From an uncultured Chitinophagales bacterium (GTDB lineage: Bacteria > Bacteroidota > Bacteroidia > Chitinophagales > JABDMM01), in assembly GCA_963991145.1 (NCBI GenBank), contig CAXDOZ010000002.1:1-63235 (forward strand): a DNA stretch of 63,235 nt, written 5' to 3'. The notes under the pieces were generated by a model. That model had not been told where the DNA came from, ran no database searches, and saw nothing but the letters and a program-made list of their open reading frames with translations. The position numbers were made by a program, and so were the translations under genes. Positions 18,432 to 27,784 of the stretch are shown here, one piece after another. Each line of letters opens with the position of its first letter. Position 1 is the stretch's first letter.

Positions 18432-19880
18432 ATGTTATTCAACTCTATTGATTTTTGCATTTTTCTACCGATCGTTTTTGGTCTGTATTGGATGATCGGT
18501 TCCAGGAATCTCCGAGGACAGAACATCTTGCTACTTGCAGCCAGCTATATTTTTTATGGTTGGTGGGATTACCGGTTTCTTTCACTGATTATTCTAAGTT
18601 CGGTGGTAGACTACTTTGTAGGAATAGGGATCTTTCAATCTCAAAGTAAGTTGAGATCCAAGCTGCTTCTAACTTGTTCCCTGGTTTTTAATCTGGGCTT
18701 ACTGCTCTTTTTTAAGTACTTCAACTTCTTTGAGGAGAGCTTTGTAGAGGCATTCACCTTTGCAGGTTATAATCTTGAGTCTAGTTCTTTAAAGATCATT
18801 TTACCGGTAGGTATTAGCTTTTATACCTTCCAAACGCTTAGTTATTCTATAGATATCTATCGTGGAAACCTCCATCCAACCAGAGATCCGGTTGCCTTTT
18901 TTGCTTTTGTCTCTTTCTTTCCGCAACTCGTTGCCGGACCAATTGAAAGGGCTTCTAATCTCGTCCCCCAATTTCTAACGCATAGGGAGTTTAACTATGG
19001 AAAGGCGGTAGATGGGATGAGGCAAATGCTTTGGGGACTTGCCAAAAAGGTTGTAATAGCAGACAACTGCGCTACAGTAGTTGATCAGGTGTTTGCAAAT
19101 AGCGATTCCCAACCTTCGAGCATGTTGATTATTGGGGCAGTCTTTTTTGCCTTCCAGATCTATGGTGATTTCTCCGGATACAGTGATATGGCAATCGGTA
19201 TGTCGAGATTGTTTGGTTTTGACCTAATGAGGAATTTTGCCTACCCATACTTCTCCAGAGATATTGCTGAGTTCTGGCGTAGATGGCACATCTCCCTCAG
19301 TACCTGGTTTAGAGATTACCTATACATCCCTCTTGGAGGAAGCCGGGTTAACAAGGCAAAAGCAATTAGAAATGTAATGGTGGTCTTTTTGGTAAGTGGG
19401 TTCTGGCATGGTGCGAACTGGACCTTTATTGCCTGGGGATTTATTCATGCTCTACTATTTCTACCACTACTGTTAGGTGGCTTGAATCGATCAAACCTTG
19501 AGCACAAGGATGAGTATTCCTTATCGGAGGTGATAAGAGATGCTCTTAAGATGTTAAGCACATTTATACTGGTATGCTTTGCCTGGGTGTTCTTCAGGGC
19601 TCAAAGCATTGGCGACTCCTTCAACTATATCGAAGGGATTTTTAGTAATAAATTCCTTGATTCTAGCTTCTTTGATTCTGTTCCCAATTTGTATTTACCT
19701 GTAGTGGGAATATTTGTTCTTCTTATAGTAGAATGGGCTCAAAGATTTAGGCAGCACGGCCTGGATTTTACAGGTAGAAAAATTGCTTTTCCTATAAGAC
19801 TGGCAATTTATTATTCATTGATTTTCTGCATACTGTACTACGGACAGAGTGATCAGGACTTTATTTATTTCCAATTCTAA
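18432..19880 (+). CDS. MBOAT-family membrane-bound O-acyltransferase (AlgI/DltB-like)
   Basis: 482 aa, polytopic, with conserved MBOAT motifs FWRRWHISLSTWFRDYLYIPLGG and SGFWHGANW. Confidence 0.9.
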   Translation: MLFNSIDFCIFLPIVFGLYWMIGSRNLRGQNILLLAASYIFYGWWDYRFLSLIILSSVVDYFVGIGIFQSQSKLRSKLLLTCSLVFNLGLLLFFKYFNFFEESFVEAFTFAGYNLESSSLKIILPVGISFYTFQTLSYSIDIYRGNLHPTRDPVAFFAFVSFFPQLVAGPIERASNLVPQFLTHREFNYGKAVDGMRQMLWGLAKKVVIADNCATVVDQVFANSDSQPSSMLIIGAVFFAFQIYGDFSGYSDMAIGMSRLFGFDLMRNFAYPYFSRDIAEFWRRWHISLSTWFRDYLYIPLGGSRVNKAKAIRNVMVVFLVSGFWHGANWTFIAWGFIHALLFLPLLLGGLNRSNLEHKDEYSLSEVIRDALKMLSTFILVCFAWVFFRAQSIGDSFNYIEGIFSNKFLDSSFFDSVPNLYLPVVGIFVLLIVEWAQRFRQHGLDFTGRKIAFPIRLAIYYSLIFCILYYGQSDQDFIYFQF

Positions 19881-20773
19881 TGAAGAAGTTCTTAAGACAA
19901 ACACTCATCGTTTTCGCTCCCTTAATTCTGGGATTGGTCCTTGTTGAGGGGTATAATAGAATTGTTGAAAATGAATACTCCTACAAAGATCAATGGGTAA
20001 AGGAGCATGCTAAGGAAATTCGATGGGTCGCACTTGGAAACTCTCATGCCTATTATGGGATCGAACCGTCAAAAATGGAAGCAGGTGGCTTTAATCTGGC
20101 CCTTCCGGGCCAATCTGTCTACCTGGATTATTTGTTGTTTGAGCATTACAATCCTGTTCTGGAGAATCTGGAGACCATAGTTGTAAATGTGTCTTATGCC
20201 TCATTCTACAGGAACCATGGAGTTGCCAAATGGAGAAGACCTTACTATTACCACAAAATGGGTATCGATTCTGATTCAATGGGTTTCTATAGCGTTTCCA
20301 AACTCTGTATGAGCTGTGGTCTTGGGTTTAAACCAGCCGTGAAACCCGTTCTTCAGAAGCTAAAAGGGAAGTCTAATGTTTTGTGCAATGAGGATGGATC
20401 ATTCAAAAAGAAGGAGCAAGAAACTGGGAATCTTGAAGGAGAGGGGAATTTAGAAAGACATCTTTCAGAATCTGGGAAAGGTTCTAATCAAAGAGCTATT
20501 TACCAGATGCTAAGTGAGCTTGCTTTAGAATCTGGTGTGCAGATCATTTTCGTGAAGCTGCCCAAAAGCCAATCTTATCTCAAGGGATTGCCAGAAGAAA
20601 AGGTTAAAGCAATGGACAATTTCATTTCTGATCTAGTGTCTTCAAACAATGGTTTTAGCTATCTCAATGCTTGTGACTCACTGGGGCTTGATGATTCCCA
20701 TTTCTCTGATATCGATCATATGAATTCCAAAGGAGCTGAGGTATTCTCTACTTGGCTAGATGCATACCTGTAG
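19880..20773 (+). CDS. Membrane-anchored SGNH/DltD/AlgJ-like partner of the MBOAT acyltransferase (hypothetical)
   Basis: 297 aa with an N-terminal TM anchor and a C-terminal DxxH-type block (DIDHMNSKGAEVF). The start overlaps the MBOAT stop (TAATG). Confidence 0.55.
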   Translation: MKKFLRQTLIVFAPLILGLVLVEGYNRIVENEYSYKDQWVKEHAKEIRWVALGNSHAYYGIEPSKMEAGGFNLALPGQSVYLDYLLFEHYNPVLENLETIVVNVSYASFYRNHGVAKWRRPYYYHKMGIDSDSMGFYSVSKLCMSCGLGFKPAVKPVLQKLKGKSNVLCNEDGSFKKKEQETGNLEGEGNLERHLSESGKGSNQRAIYQMLSELALESGVQIIFVKLPKSQSYLKGLPEEKVKAMDNFISDLVSSNNGFSYLNACDSLGLDDSHFSDIDHMNSKGAEVFSTWLDAYL

Positions 20774-20886
20774 CAATTTAAGCAGCTAAATCCTGTGGTA
20801 AAGTTGCCATTCTTGAGTTTTCGCCATTTTTCAACATTTTTGCTGCTTATTACAATTGAAGTATACCCTTAACAAAGCACCCTTTA

Positions 20887-21957
20887 ATGGAGTCTAAGTT
20901 TCTAGATTACCTGAGAGATCCAATCGGTCAGGATGACCTCGATTTCCATCAGTTTGAAGCAGAAGAAGAGCAGATCATCAGTGCAGTTTTTGTAAATCCC
21001 ATAACAAAAGCTGCCTATCCAATTGTTGGTGGAGTTCCAATCATGCTCCCCAATAGCTTTCCAAAAGAGTTCTTAGATAAATTCTCCAGCGAGTTAGCAG
21101 AGGTGAATGAAAAGTATGAAGGGAATCTCAGGTTTCAGAAATCTGATTTGAGTTGGAGTTTTTCAGCAGAGTGGGAGCATCACTTTAACACAGAGCTTAG
21201 CAAGACCTGGGGTTATTCCGTTCAGGAGCGTTATGACCAATTCCTTTTAAACATTCAATCAAGCAAAGAGGATTTACAGGGGAAATTTGTTTTAGATGGT
21301 GGCTGTGGAAATGGCGACCTAACCAAAGAGTTTGCGATCAATGGCTCTATTGCTTTTGGAGTAGACTATTCGGAAAGTGTTCTTTTCGCAGAGAAGCACA
21401 GAGACAATAAGAATACCTGTTTTGTTAGGGCAGATCTACGATTCCTTCCCTTTAGAAAGGACCTCTTTGATGTTATTGTCGCCAATGGTGTTATACATCA
21501 TACGCCAAGTACAGAAAAGACATTTCATGCTATCGCACCATTCGTAAAGAAAGAGGGCAAATATTATGTTTGGCTCTACTCTGAGAAAGGAAACTTTGGA
21601 TGGAGGGTCAAGAGAAAATTTTTCGATTTCTCAAGGATTATTGTTTGCAGACTTCCTGAGAAAATGCAGGATTGGATCGTGTCTCTTTATGTTTCAATTT
21701 TAAAATTGATCTATCCTAAATCGAACAAGGATAGAATGAAGATCGCAATGTATGATTCGATCACTCCCCGATGGAGATATTATCATACACCTGAGGAGGT
21801 GGCTCATTGGTATCATCAGGCAGGATTTGGTCCGGTAGTCTTAACACACTTCGATAATGTTTATGGATTTGGAGTTTACGCTCCAAAGATCCCTCAAGAA
21901 CAAACGCCGGGAAATCACTTTGGCGAGAAAGTGAATTATCACATGAATGAGGCTTAA
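20887..21957 (+). CDS. Class I SAM-dependent methyltransferase with an N-terminal Trm112-like segment
   Basis: 356 aa with motif I VLDGGCGNGD, motif FDVIVANGVIHH and an N-terminal AYPIVGGVPIMLP segment. Confidence 0.8.
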   Translation: MESKFLDYLRDPIGQDDLDFHQFEAEEEQIISAVFVNPITKAAYPIVGGVPIMLPNSFPKEFLDKFSSELAEVNEKYEGNLRFQKSDLSWSFSAEWEHHFNTELSKTWGYSVQERYDQFLLNIQSSKEDLQGKFVLDGGCGNGDLTKEFAINGSIAFGVDYSESVLFAEKHRDNKNTCFVRADLRFLPFRKDLFDVIVANGVIHHTPSTEKTFHAIAPFVKKEGKYYVWLYSEKGNFGWRVKRKFFDFSRIIVCRLPEKMQDWIVSLYVSILKLIYPKSNKDRMKIAMYDSITPRWRYYHTPEEVAHWYHQAGFGPVVLTHFDNVYGFGVYAPKIPQEQTPGNHFGEKVNYHMNEA

Positions 21958-21960
21958 TAC

Positions 21961-23433
21961 CTATTCCTCTTTATTCTTTTTTTCACTGAAGCTCATAATG
22001 GTCTTAAAGAGACCAGAAAAGTAAATTGCTACCAACGACAGGCATCCAATTGCAACAGATTTATACAGGATGTTTGGGATAGGAGAGAAGAGGTCTGGTA
22101 ATTGATGTCCTAGAAATACGATTCCCAATCCCAGGATAAATGCAAGGATCAGTTTTGGGTGAAAGGGGAGGAATCCAAAGAAACTATATAGAACGATCGA
22201 CCTTGAAACGTTGAGTACCAGCAGCGAAATTAAAGTGGCTAAAGCTGCGCCATTTAGTCCCATCTGCGGAATTAGTATGATGTTCAACACTACCATAAGA
22301 ATGCAGAACATGATGTTGATGATAGTTTCGTAAATGTACTTTGGACTATTAATCAAAATTGTTCCGTTAATTCCCCCAATAAGTTCAAACAACCTTCCTA
22401 CTCCGTAGATCAAGAACACAGAGATCCCAACAGCAAAAGATTTAGGCATGAATGTATACAGGTCATCAATTGATGCCCAGATCAGGCTAAAGATCACTCC
22501 ACCGGCGATAGTGTTGATCAAAGTGACATTCTTGTAGAGATTGTTTATTCCTGCCTGCTTTCCTTCATTCCAATATTTAGCGATAACAGGTCCGGTAACG
22601 CGGAAAAAGACCTTAGAAGGAACCAGAATTAGTGATGTTAGATAGACTGCAGTGGAGTAGATGCCATTTTCACCTAAACCAATCATCGCGGATATCATCA
22701 ATCCATCAAAGGTTAAAGTGAGTGTGTTGGTGATGCCTCCAAGCATAGAGAATAATGAATGCCTGATGAAAGGATAGATCTTCTCTCTTTTAAGATCATC
22801 TGATGAAAACTGCAAAGGCATCAACCCATCCAGGAAAAGCTTTATTACCAGAATAAGGAGTATGACAGTATAGCTCCCAACAAAGCATGCAACAAACCAA
22901 TCGAAATCGACTAATTCAAAATAATAAGCGAGAATAGATGCGGTCTGCAGGAGTCGAAGCATAACCTCCTGAAGGAAGTTGGGGAACACTGTTTTCAATA
23001 GTGCTTTTGACCAGGCTGCAAATACATAGAAGAAATGGAAACTTGCACCAAGAGGTAATATCAAAATAAAGTATGATGAGAATAATGGAGATCGGTCAGA
23101 GTAAAGATCTTCTATAGGTGATCGAAACAGTAAGACTAATGCTATAGATGCTACAATTCCAATAATGGAAACCAAACTGAAGATTGGAAGAAAAGAATTA
23201 TGTCTGTTGTCTTCAGTTTGAAATTTTGGGAAGTACTTTACAATAGAAAATTTCAATCCAAGGGTAGAAAATTGAATCAGCAACATGGCTGATTGAATGA
23301 AAATCCGAGTTAATCCCAGCTCTTCTTCCTGCAATAGATTTGGGAAAAGAAGAACTGCATTCACAAATCCAATCAGGATCCCTGTGTATGATACAGCTGT
23401 GTTTTGCAGTCCTTGTTTTCTAATTTCTCCCAT
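21961..23433 (-). CDS. Polysaccharide/oligosaccharide flippase (MOP/Wzx family)
   Basis: 490 aa with about 14 predicted TM helices and the usual N-terminus of Wzx-like proteins. Sits in a glycan locus. Confidence 0.75.
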   Translation of the reverse strand: MGEIRKQGLQNTAVSYTGILIGFVNAVLLFPNLLQEEELGLTRIFIQSAMLLIQFSTLGLKFSIVKYFPKFQTEDNRHNSFLPIFSLVSIIGIVASIALVLLFRSPIEDLYSDRSPLFSSYFILILPLGASFHFFYVFAAWSKALLKTVFPNFLQEVMLRLLQTASILAYYFELVDFDWFVACFVGSYTVILLILVIKLFLDGLMPLQFSSDDLKREKIYPFIRHSLFSMLGGITNTLTLTFDGLMISAMIGLGENGIYSTAVYLTSLILVPSKVFFRVTGPVIAKYWNEGKQAGINNLYKNVTLINTIAGGVIFSLIWASIDDLYTFMPKSFAVGISVFLIYGVGRLFELIGGINGTILINSPKYIYETIINIMFCILMVVLNIILIPQMGLNGAALATLISLLVLNVSRSIVLYSFFGFLPFHPKLILAFILGLGIVFLGHQLPDLFSPIPNILYKSVAIGCLSLVAIYFSGLFKTIMSFSEKKNKEE

Positions 23434-23445
23434 CTATAATCTAAA

Positions 23446-25356
23446 TCAATCCATAAACTCTTCTAACCACAATTCAGTCATTACCAGATGCCAAACCTTT
23501 CTCGCATCCTTCGTAATGAAGTTTTGGTTAACCTTATCTACTTCCTCCGAATTGAATATTTCTCTGGTCTTTAGCTGTTCTAATTTATTCTCAATCAATT
23601 TTTGCATTTCAGGATTCATCCAAAACTTTGCCGGCACTGAAAATCCTTTCTTCTTCATAGTGAAGGTTCGCGGATCAGCTTTTGGTTTCAATATCTCTCT
23701 GAGGATGTATTTTCTTTCTGTCGTCTTTAACAGCAGATCCTGAGGAATTGTCATTGCATATTCGATCAATTTATGATCGAGTAATGGGAATCTCATTTCC
23801 AAAGAATGGAACATTGAAAATGCATCTCCTCTGTATAAAGTGTGATTTGCAAGAAAGTGCTTTGAGCTTAGATAAACCATTGCATCAAATAAACTCATTC
23901 CCTCAAGGTCGAAACGTTCGTCCCATATGTTTAATGAATTTTCTTGAATTGGGCCTTTGAATAATCTCTTCTTTTCTTCCTCACTGAAAAAGGAATAATT
24001 AGCTCCATAAAAGGTCCCATTGGTGTTTGAGAAAACCATGTTGTAGAGGATGTTCTCATTATATGAGTAATCCCTCTTTTTAAGTTTCAGTAAGGGACGA
24101 AGGAGTTTACGGAAAGGGTGATACTTGATATACTTGAATACAGGATAACCGCCAAAGAACTCATCTCCACCAAGACCATTCAAGATCACTTTCATGCCCT
24201 TTTCATGAGCAACCTTTGATAGAAAGTATACAGGAGGAAGGGCAAATGCAGGTTCTTCAAAACACCGCACATAATCATTCAATTCCGAGAATCCTGTTTT
24301 CGAATCAAAGACGCTTATGAGATGCTCAAGACCAAACTTCTTAGCATTTAATCCAGCGAGGTAAGATTCGTCTTCCTGGCTATTGGGGTCGAGAGCCAGA
24401 GTTAACCCTTTTAAATTCTGACTCTGATCGGCTGCCATTGCAGTAATCAGTGTAGAGTCAATGCCAGCGCTGAGAAATGAGCTGACTTCCACATCTGAAA
24501 TCAGTCTGTACTTTATTGATTCTGCAATCAGAGATTCTGTTTTCTCAAGGACTTCTTCTTTGGATTGACGAGTTCTAACTCCAGTAGGGAGATCCCAATA
24601 CTGTTCCTGTTTGATGTTTCCATTTTCAAGATCGATCTCGAGAAAATGTCCGGGTTTAACAGCCTGGATATTTTTAAATGCAGTTTGCGGTCTTGGACTA
24701 ACACGATAACTGAAATTATCCCAAAGACCTTCCCGGGATACCTCAGGTGTAATTAGGCCCGAAGCTAGTATAGTTCTGATCTCAGATCCAAAGATTAAAA
24801 CATCTCCTGCAATTGAATAGAATAGAGGTTTTATACCCAATCGGTCTCTGACTAAAAATGCCTTTTTTCTCTCCAGATCAATAAATGCAAAGGCAAACAT
24901 GCCACGGAGTTCCTCTAAACAGCTTAGACCCTTTTGTTTAAAAAGACTAAAAAGAACACGGGTGTCTGAATTGTAATTCCAGTTTTGCTCTTTTTCAAGA
25001 CCTGGTTCAAGTTCTTTGTAATTGTAGATCTCACCATTGAATACAAACAAGGATTGGGCACTTTCCTCATTGTCCATCATTGGTTGGTGTCCATTTTGAC
25101 TTAGATCAATGATTGAAAGTCGACGATGCCCAAGAAAAATGCTTGCAGTCTCTCCGAGATTACTACCTATTTGTGGCAGTTGATATTCATGAGGAGTATC
25201 CTGGCCGCCAAATAATTTAGTTTCAGTTTTTGAATAGGTTAAATAACCTTCATCGTCCGGACCGCGATGTCGCATTTCCGAGGTCATTTTTAATATTGCC
25301 TCTGCACCCTGAAATTCGCTCCCCTTTAGATTAATTAAGCCGCTAATTCCACACAT
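23446..25356 (-). CDS. asnB: Asparagine synthase (glutamine-hydrolysing) family amidotransferase
   Basis: 636 aa with N-terminal nucleophile MCGI and PP-loop SAGIDS. Its location suggests glycan amidation rather than Asn synthesis (inference). Confidence 0.85.
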   Translation of the reverse strand: MCGISGLINLKGSEFQGAEAILKMTSEMRHRGPDDEGYLTYSKTETKLFGGQDTPHEYQLPQIGSNLGETASIFLGHRRLSIIDLSQNGHQPMMDNEESAQSLFVFNGEIYNYKELEPGLEKEQNWNYNSDTRVLFSLFKQKGLSCLEELRGMFAFAFIDLERKKAFLVRDRLGIKPLFYSIAGDVLIFGSEIRTILASGLITPEVSREGLWDNFSYRVSPRPQTAFKNIQAVKPGHFLEIDLENGNIKQEQYWDLPTGVRTRQSKEEVLEKTESLIAESIKYRLISDVEVSSFLSAGIDSTLITAMAADQSQNLKGLTLALDPNSQEDESYLAGLNAKKFGLEHLISVFDSKTGFSELNDYVRCFEEPAFALPPVYFLSKVAHEKGMKVILNGLGGDEFFGGYPVFKYIKYHPFRKLLRPLLKLKKRDYSYNENILYNMVFSNTNGTFYGANYSFFSEEEKKRLFKGPIQENSLNIWDERFDLEGMSLFDAMVYLSSKHFLANHTLYRGDAFSMFHSLEMRFPLLDHKLIEYAMTIPQDLLLKTTERKYILREILKPKADPRTFTMKKKGFSVPAKFWMNPEMQKLIENKLEQLKTREIFNSEEVDKVNQNFITKDARKVWHLVMTELWLEEFMD

Positions 25357-25360
25357 CTAA

Positions 25361-26389
25361 TTACAGATTTTTAGATTCTCCCTGAAGGGAAATTCTTTTT
25401 GGTGCAAGTGAATATGTGTCCTGGCTTTCGAACCATGTATTGATTTCTATTATCTCAGATTCTGAGAAGTTTACGGTTTTTTTAAAGTCGAAGTTTTTTG
25501 GCAACTCCTTATTCCTGGATTTTAAGCTCACCCCAAAGTTTTTAAGTTGATTCTCAACTTTCTGAAGGTATTTGTCGGGTGAGTCGCAGAAATCCTCGTA
25601 TTGAACATCTATGGTTTTTGAATTTTGTGGCAGGTCTTTTTTTACTGCGCTTAAGATCTCCGAGACCTGTTTTGCAATCTGCATGTGAGCAGGCTCTTCC
25701 ATTAACCCGGGATATGAATTAGGTTTCATCAACCTCCATTGCTTATCATTTCCATAAGCCTTAATTCTTGCATCTTTTATACTGGAAGCAATTGCCCTGG
25801 GGTCTCTGATCACTCGAATGAAAATTGCCTCCGGAAATGTTTCGAGAATCGGCTTGATCGCAAGAGCAAGCTTTAAGTTTTTTGAAATGAAAGGGAGGTC
25901 AAAATGCTCAGTAAGGAAAGCAATTGTTGCTCTGATCTCAGCTGCATCTTTCTCAGAAAATGAAAAGTCTCCGTAGTAATCGTTTTCTCTCTCCGGGAAG
26001 AATTGGTCCCAGAAGAATAGAGCCCCATTCGGACCCACATCCTGATTTGTTCGTCCAAGACTACTTTCAAAATCAGACACGTAAGGCTTGAAGACATTGA
26101 GCCTGCTTTGGGTGTACCAGGCCATGGCATATCTATAAAATGCCATTTGATTTTGGATATAAGCAAAATGGTAGCGATGTACCATTAGCTGGTAAAATAG
26201 TGTGGTACCGCTTCTAGGTGGACCGATGACAAAGATTGGTGGATGTTTTAAACCTTTATCCTTGTAAGAGTCAAGGAGCTTTTTATTCTCTTTTCGATGA
26301 AATTTGCTCTGAAATTCATTCCATCTTTTAGATATCTCAAAACTGAGATGATCCTTGTCAATAAAGCGTTTAATCCTCTTCGATGGCAT
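25361..26389 (-). CDS. PAPS-dependent sulfotransferase (second copy, different subfamily)
   Basis: 342 aa with the 5'-PSB loop IFVIGPPRSGTTLF and a later RDPRAIASS-type 3'-PB-like region. Confidence 0.75.
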   Translation of the reverse strand: MPSKRIKRFIDKDHLSFEISKRWNEFQSKFHRKENKKLLDSYKDKGLKHPPIFVIGPPRSGTTLFYQLMVHRYHFAYIQNQMAFYRYAMAWYTQSRLNVFKPYVSDFESSLGRTNQDVGPNGALFFWDQFFPERENDYYGDFSFSEKDAAEIRATIAFLTEHFDLPFISKNLKLALAIKPILETFPEAIFIRVIRDPRAIASSIKDARIKAYGNDKQWRLMKPNSYPGLMEEPAHMQIAKQVSEILSAVKKDLPQNSKTIDVQYEDFCDSPDKYLQKVENQLKNFGVSLKSRNKELPKNFDFKKTVNFSESEIIEINTWFESQDTYSLAPKRISLQGESKNL

Positions 26390-26423
26390 TTATAGTGAAT
26401 TCCAGTAACGCAATTTAAGACAA

Positions 26424-27713
26424 TTACCAGCTTTGGAAATTATCCTTTTCTCTGGCTGCTACGATTTCATCGGGTTGTATGCTCTTCACTTCATTTTCTT
26501 TCATCCATAATAAAATAGCCTTATATACTTCAAGGTAGCCTCGAAACTTATATTTGGTGAAGTATTTATTGTGCCAAAGAATACCGAATAAGGCATCGTT
26601 TGAATAGGATTCCAAAAGATCCAGAATTGAAGATCTGACATTTGAAGGAGGGTACTTTAAATAGGTCCAGTAAGTAGTATCCATGATTGCCAGTGGAACT
26701 TCAATACAATCAAAAGGCTTATTAGATCGCATATCTACCGGGCAATAGGGCTGTGAGAATGAGTTTCTCCAACCTGGCATTTCTGCAAATCCCATACTGC
26801 TATCTACCTTAATTTCTCCTTCGTCTAATTCTTCAAAATGCCCTGGATAGTTCAGCTTTAAATAGTGGTTTCTATTGGCGATGGCTTGTTTGCCGAGCTT
26901 TTGATTCTCCTCCTTAAATGATTCCGAAGAGATACTCTTATGAAGCCCGTTTTCCCATTGTGAGTTTTCAATTCTTGAAAAACAAGCCTGAACAGATGTG
27001 GATCCAAAATCATAATCTGCATTCCGCAAGGGTTTCTCAATTCCCTCCACTTTTACAGGGCCCTGATTAATCAGCCAAAAGAATGTGGACTTTACATCGT
27101 ATTCATCCTCGATCTTCATGATCTGATCCATATTGAACCAGTACGGATTTTTAAAGAGCTCTCGAAAAACTATCTGTACTAGCCAGTCTATACGACCCTG
27201 TTTAAGCGCTGCGAAGCCATCGTATCTAAGGGATCCATAGAAAACATCATTGTCATGCGATAAGAAAACTTTTGATCTCATGGGGGCAGTTTTTCTATGA
27301 GCTTTTAGCTTAGGAGTAGCTTCTATGAGTTCAAGTGAATACCTTTTTACAAGGTCTTCAGAAACAACTGAGAACTTTGATTGGTAAGAGTGTTCGAACT
27401 TGAATCTTCCAAGATTGTCTAAGTCATCCGAATCAATCTCTTGAGTGTAATTGAGCATATACACTATTGAACTCAGATAATCAGCATTACCATTATTCAT
27501 GATAATTGGCTGATCAAAAAAATGCTCCTTATGAGAGAACTTTTGTTCTGAAATCTTTCTTAAAAACTCAGTGGAGATAGGAATATCGCATGTGCTATCA
27601 GTGCCTATAGTAAGGTCCTCAATAGAAACTGGATCTAGAAATCTGCTCACTACCTCAAGTGCTCTACTGTAAGGTGTTTCGAATGACTCGTATCCGGATG
27701 TTAAAAACTTCAT
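26424..27713 (-). CDS. Hypothetical protein, possible polysaccharide deacetylase (NodB/CE4-like) with an N-terminal extension
   Basis: 429 aa. Weak NodB-like blocks appear in order (FLSHDNDV, STFFW, GLHK, NRNHYLK). The assignment is tentative. Confidence 0.45.
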   Translation of the reverse strand: MKFLTSGYESFETPYSRALEVVSRFLDPVSIEDLTIGTDSTCDIPISTEFLRKISEQKFSHKEHFFDQPIIMNNGNADYLSSIVYMLNYTQEIDSDDLDNLGRFKFEHSYQSKFSVVSEDLVKRYSLELIEATPKLKAHRKTAPMRSKVFLSHDNDVFYGSLRYDGFAALKQGRIDWLVQIVFRELFKNPYWFNMDQIMKIEDEYDVKSTFFWLINQGPVKVEGIEKPLRNADYDFGSTSVQACFSRIENSQWENGLHKSISSESFKEENQKLGKQAIANRNHYLKLNYPGHFEELDEGEIKVDSSMGFAEMPGWRNSFSQPYCPVDMRSNKPFDCIEVPLAIMDTTYWTYLKYPPSNVRSSILDLLESYSNDALFGILWHNKYFTKYKFRGYLEVYKAILLWMKENEVKSIQPDEIVAAREKDNFQSW

Positions 27714-27730
27714 GGAATCGAGGTCGAAAT

Positions 27731-27765
27731 AAATAAAAAAAGCGCAGAGAAGAACCCTGCGCTTT
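27731..27765 (-). terminator. Rho-independent terminator after the aldehyde dehydrogenase gene
   Basis: The minus strand has stem AAAGCGCAG / CTGCGCTTT (27739-27747 / 27757-27765) with a 9-nt loop, followed by TTTTTTATTTATTT. Confidence 0.65.
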
Positions 27766-27784
27766 CTTTCAATAATGTAATTTG

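Noticed and set aside
23297-23743. 148-aa plus-strand ORF spanning the flippase/AsnB junction
   Set aside because: It overlaps two strongly supported minus-strand genes in antisense. Its composition is hydrophobic and low-complexity, derived from the TM-rich flippase complement.
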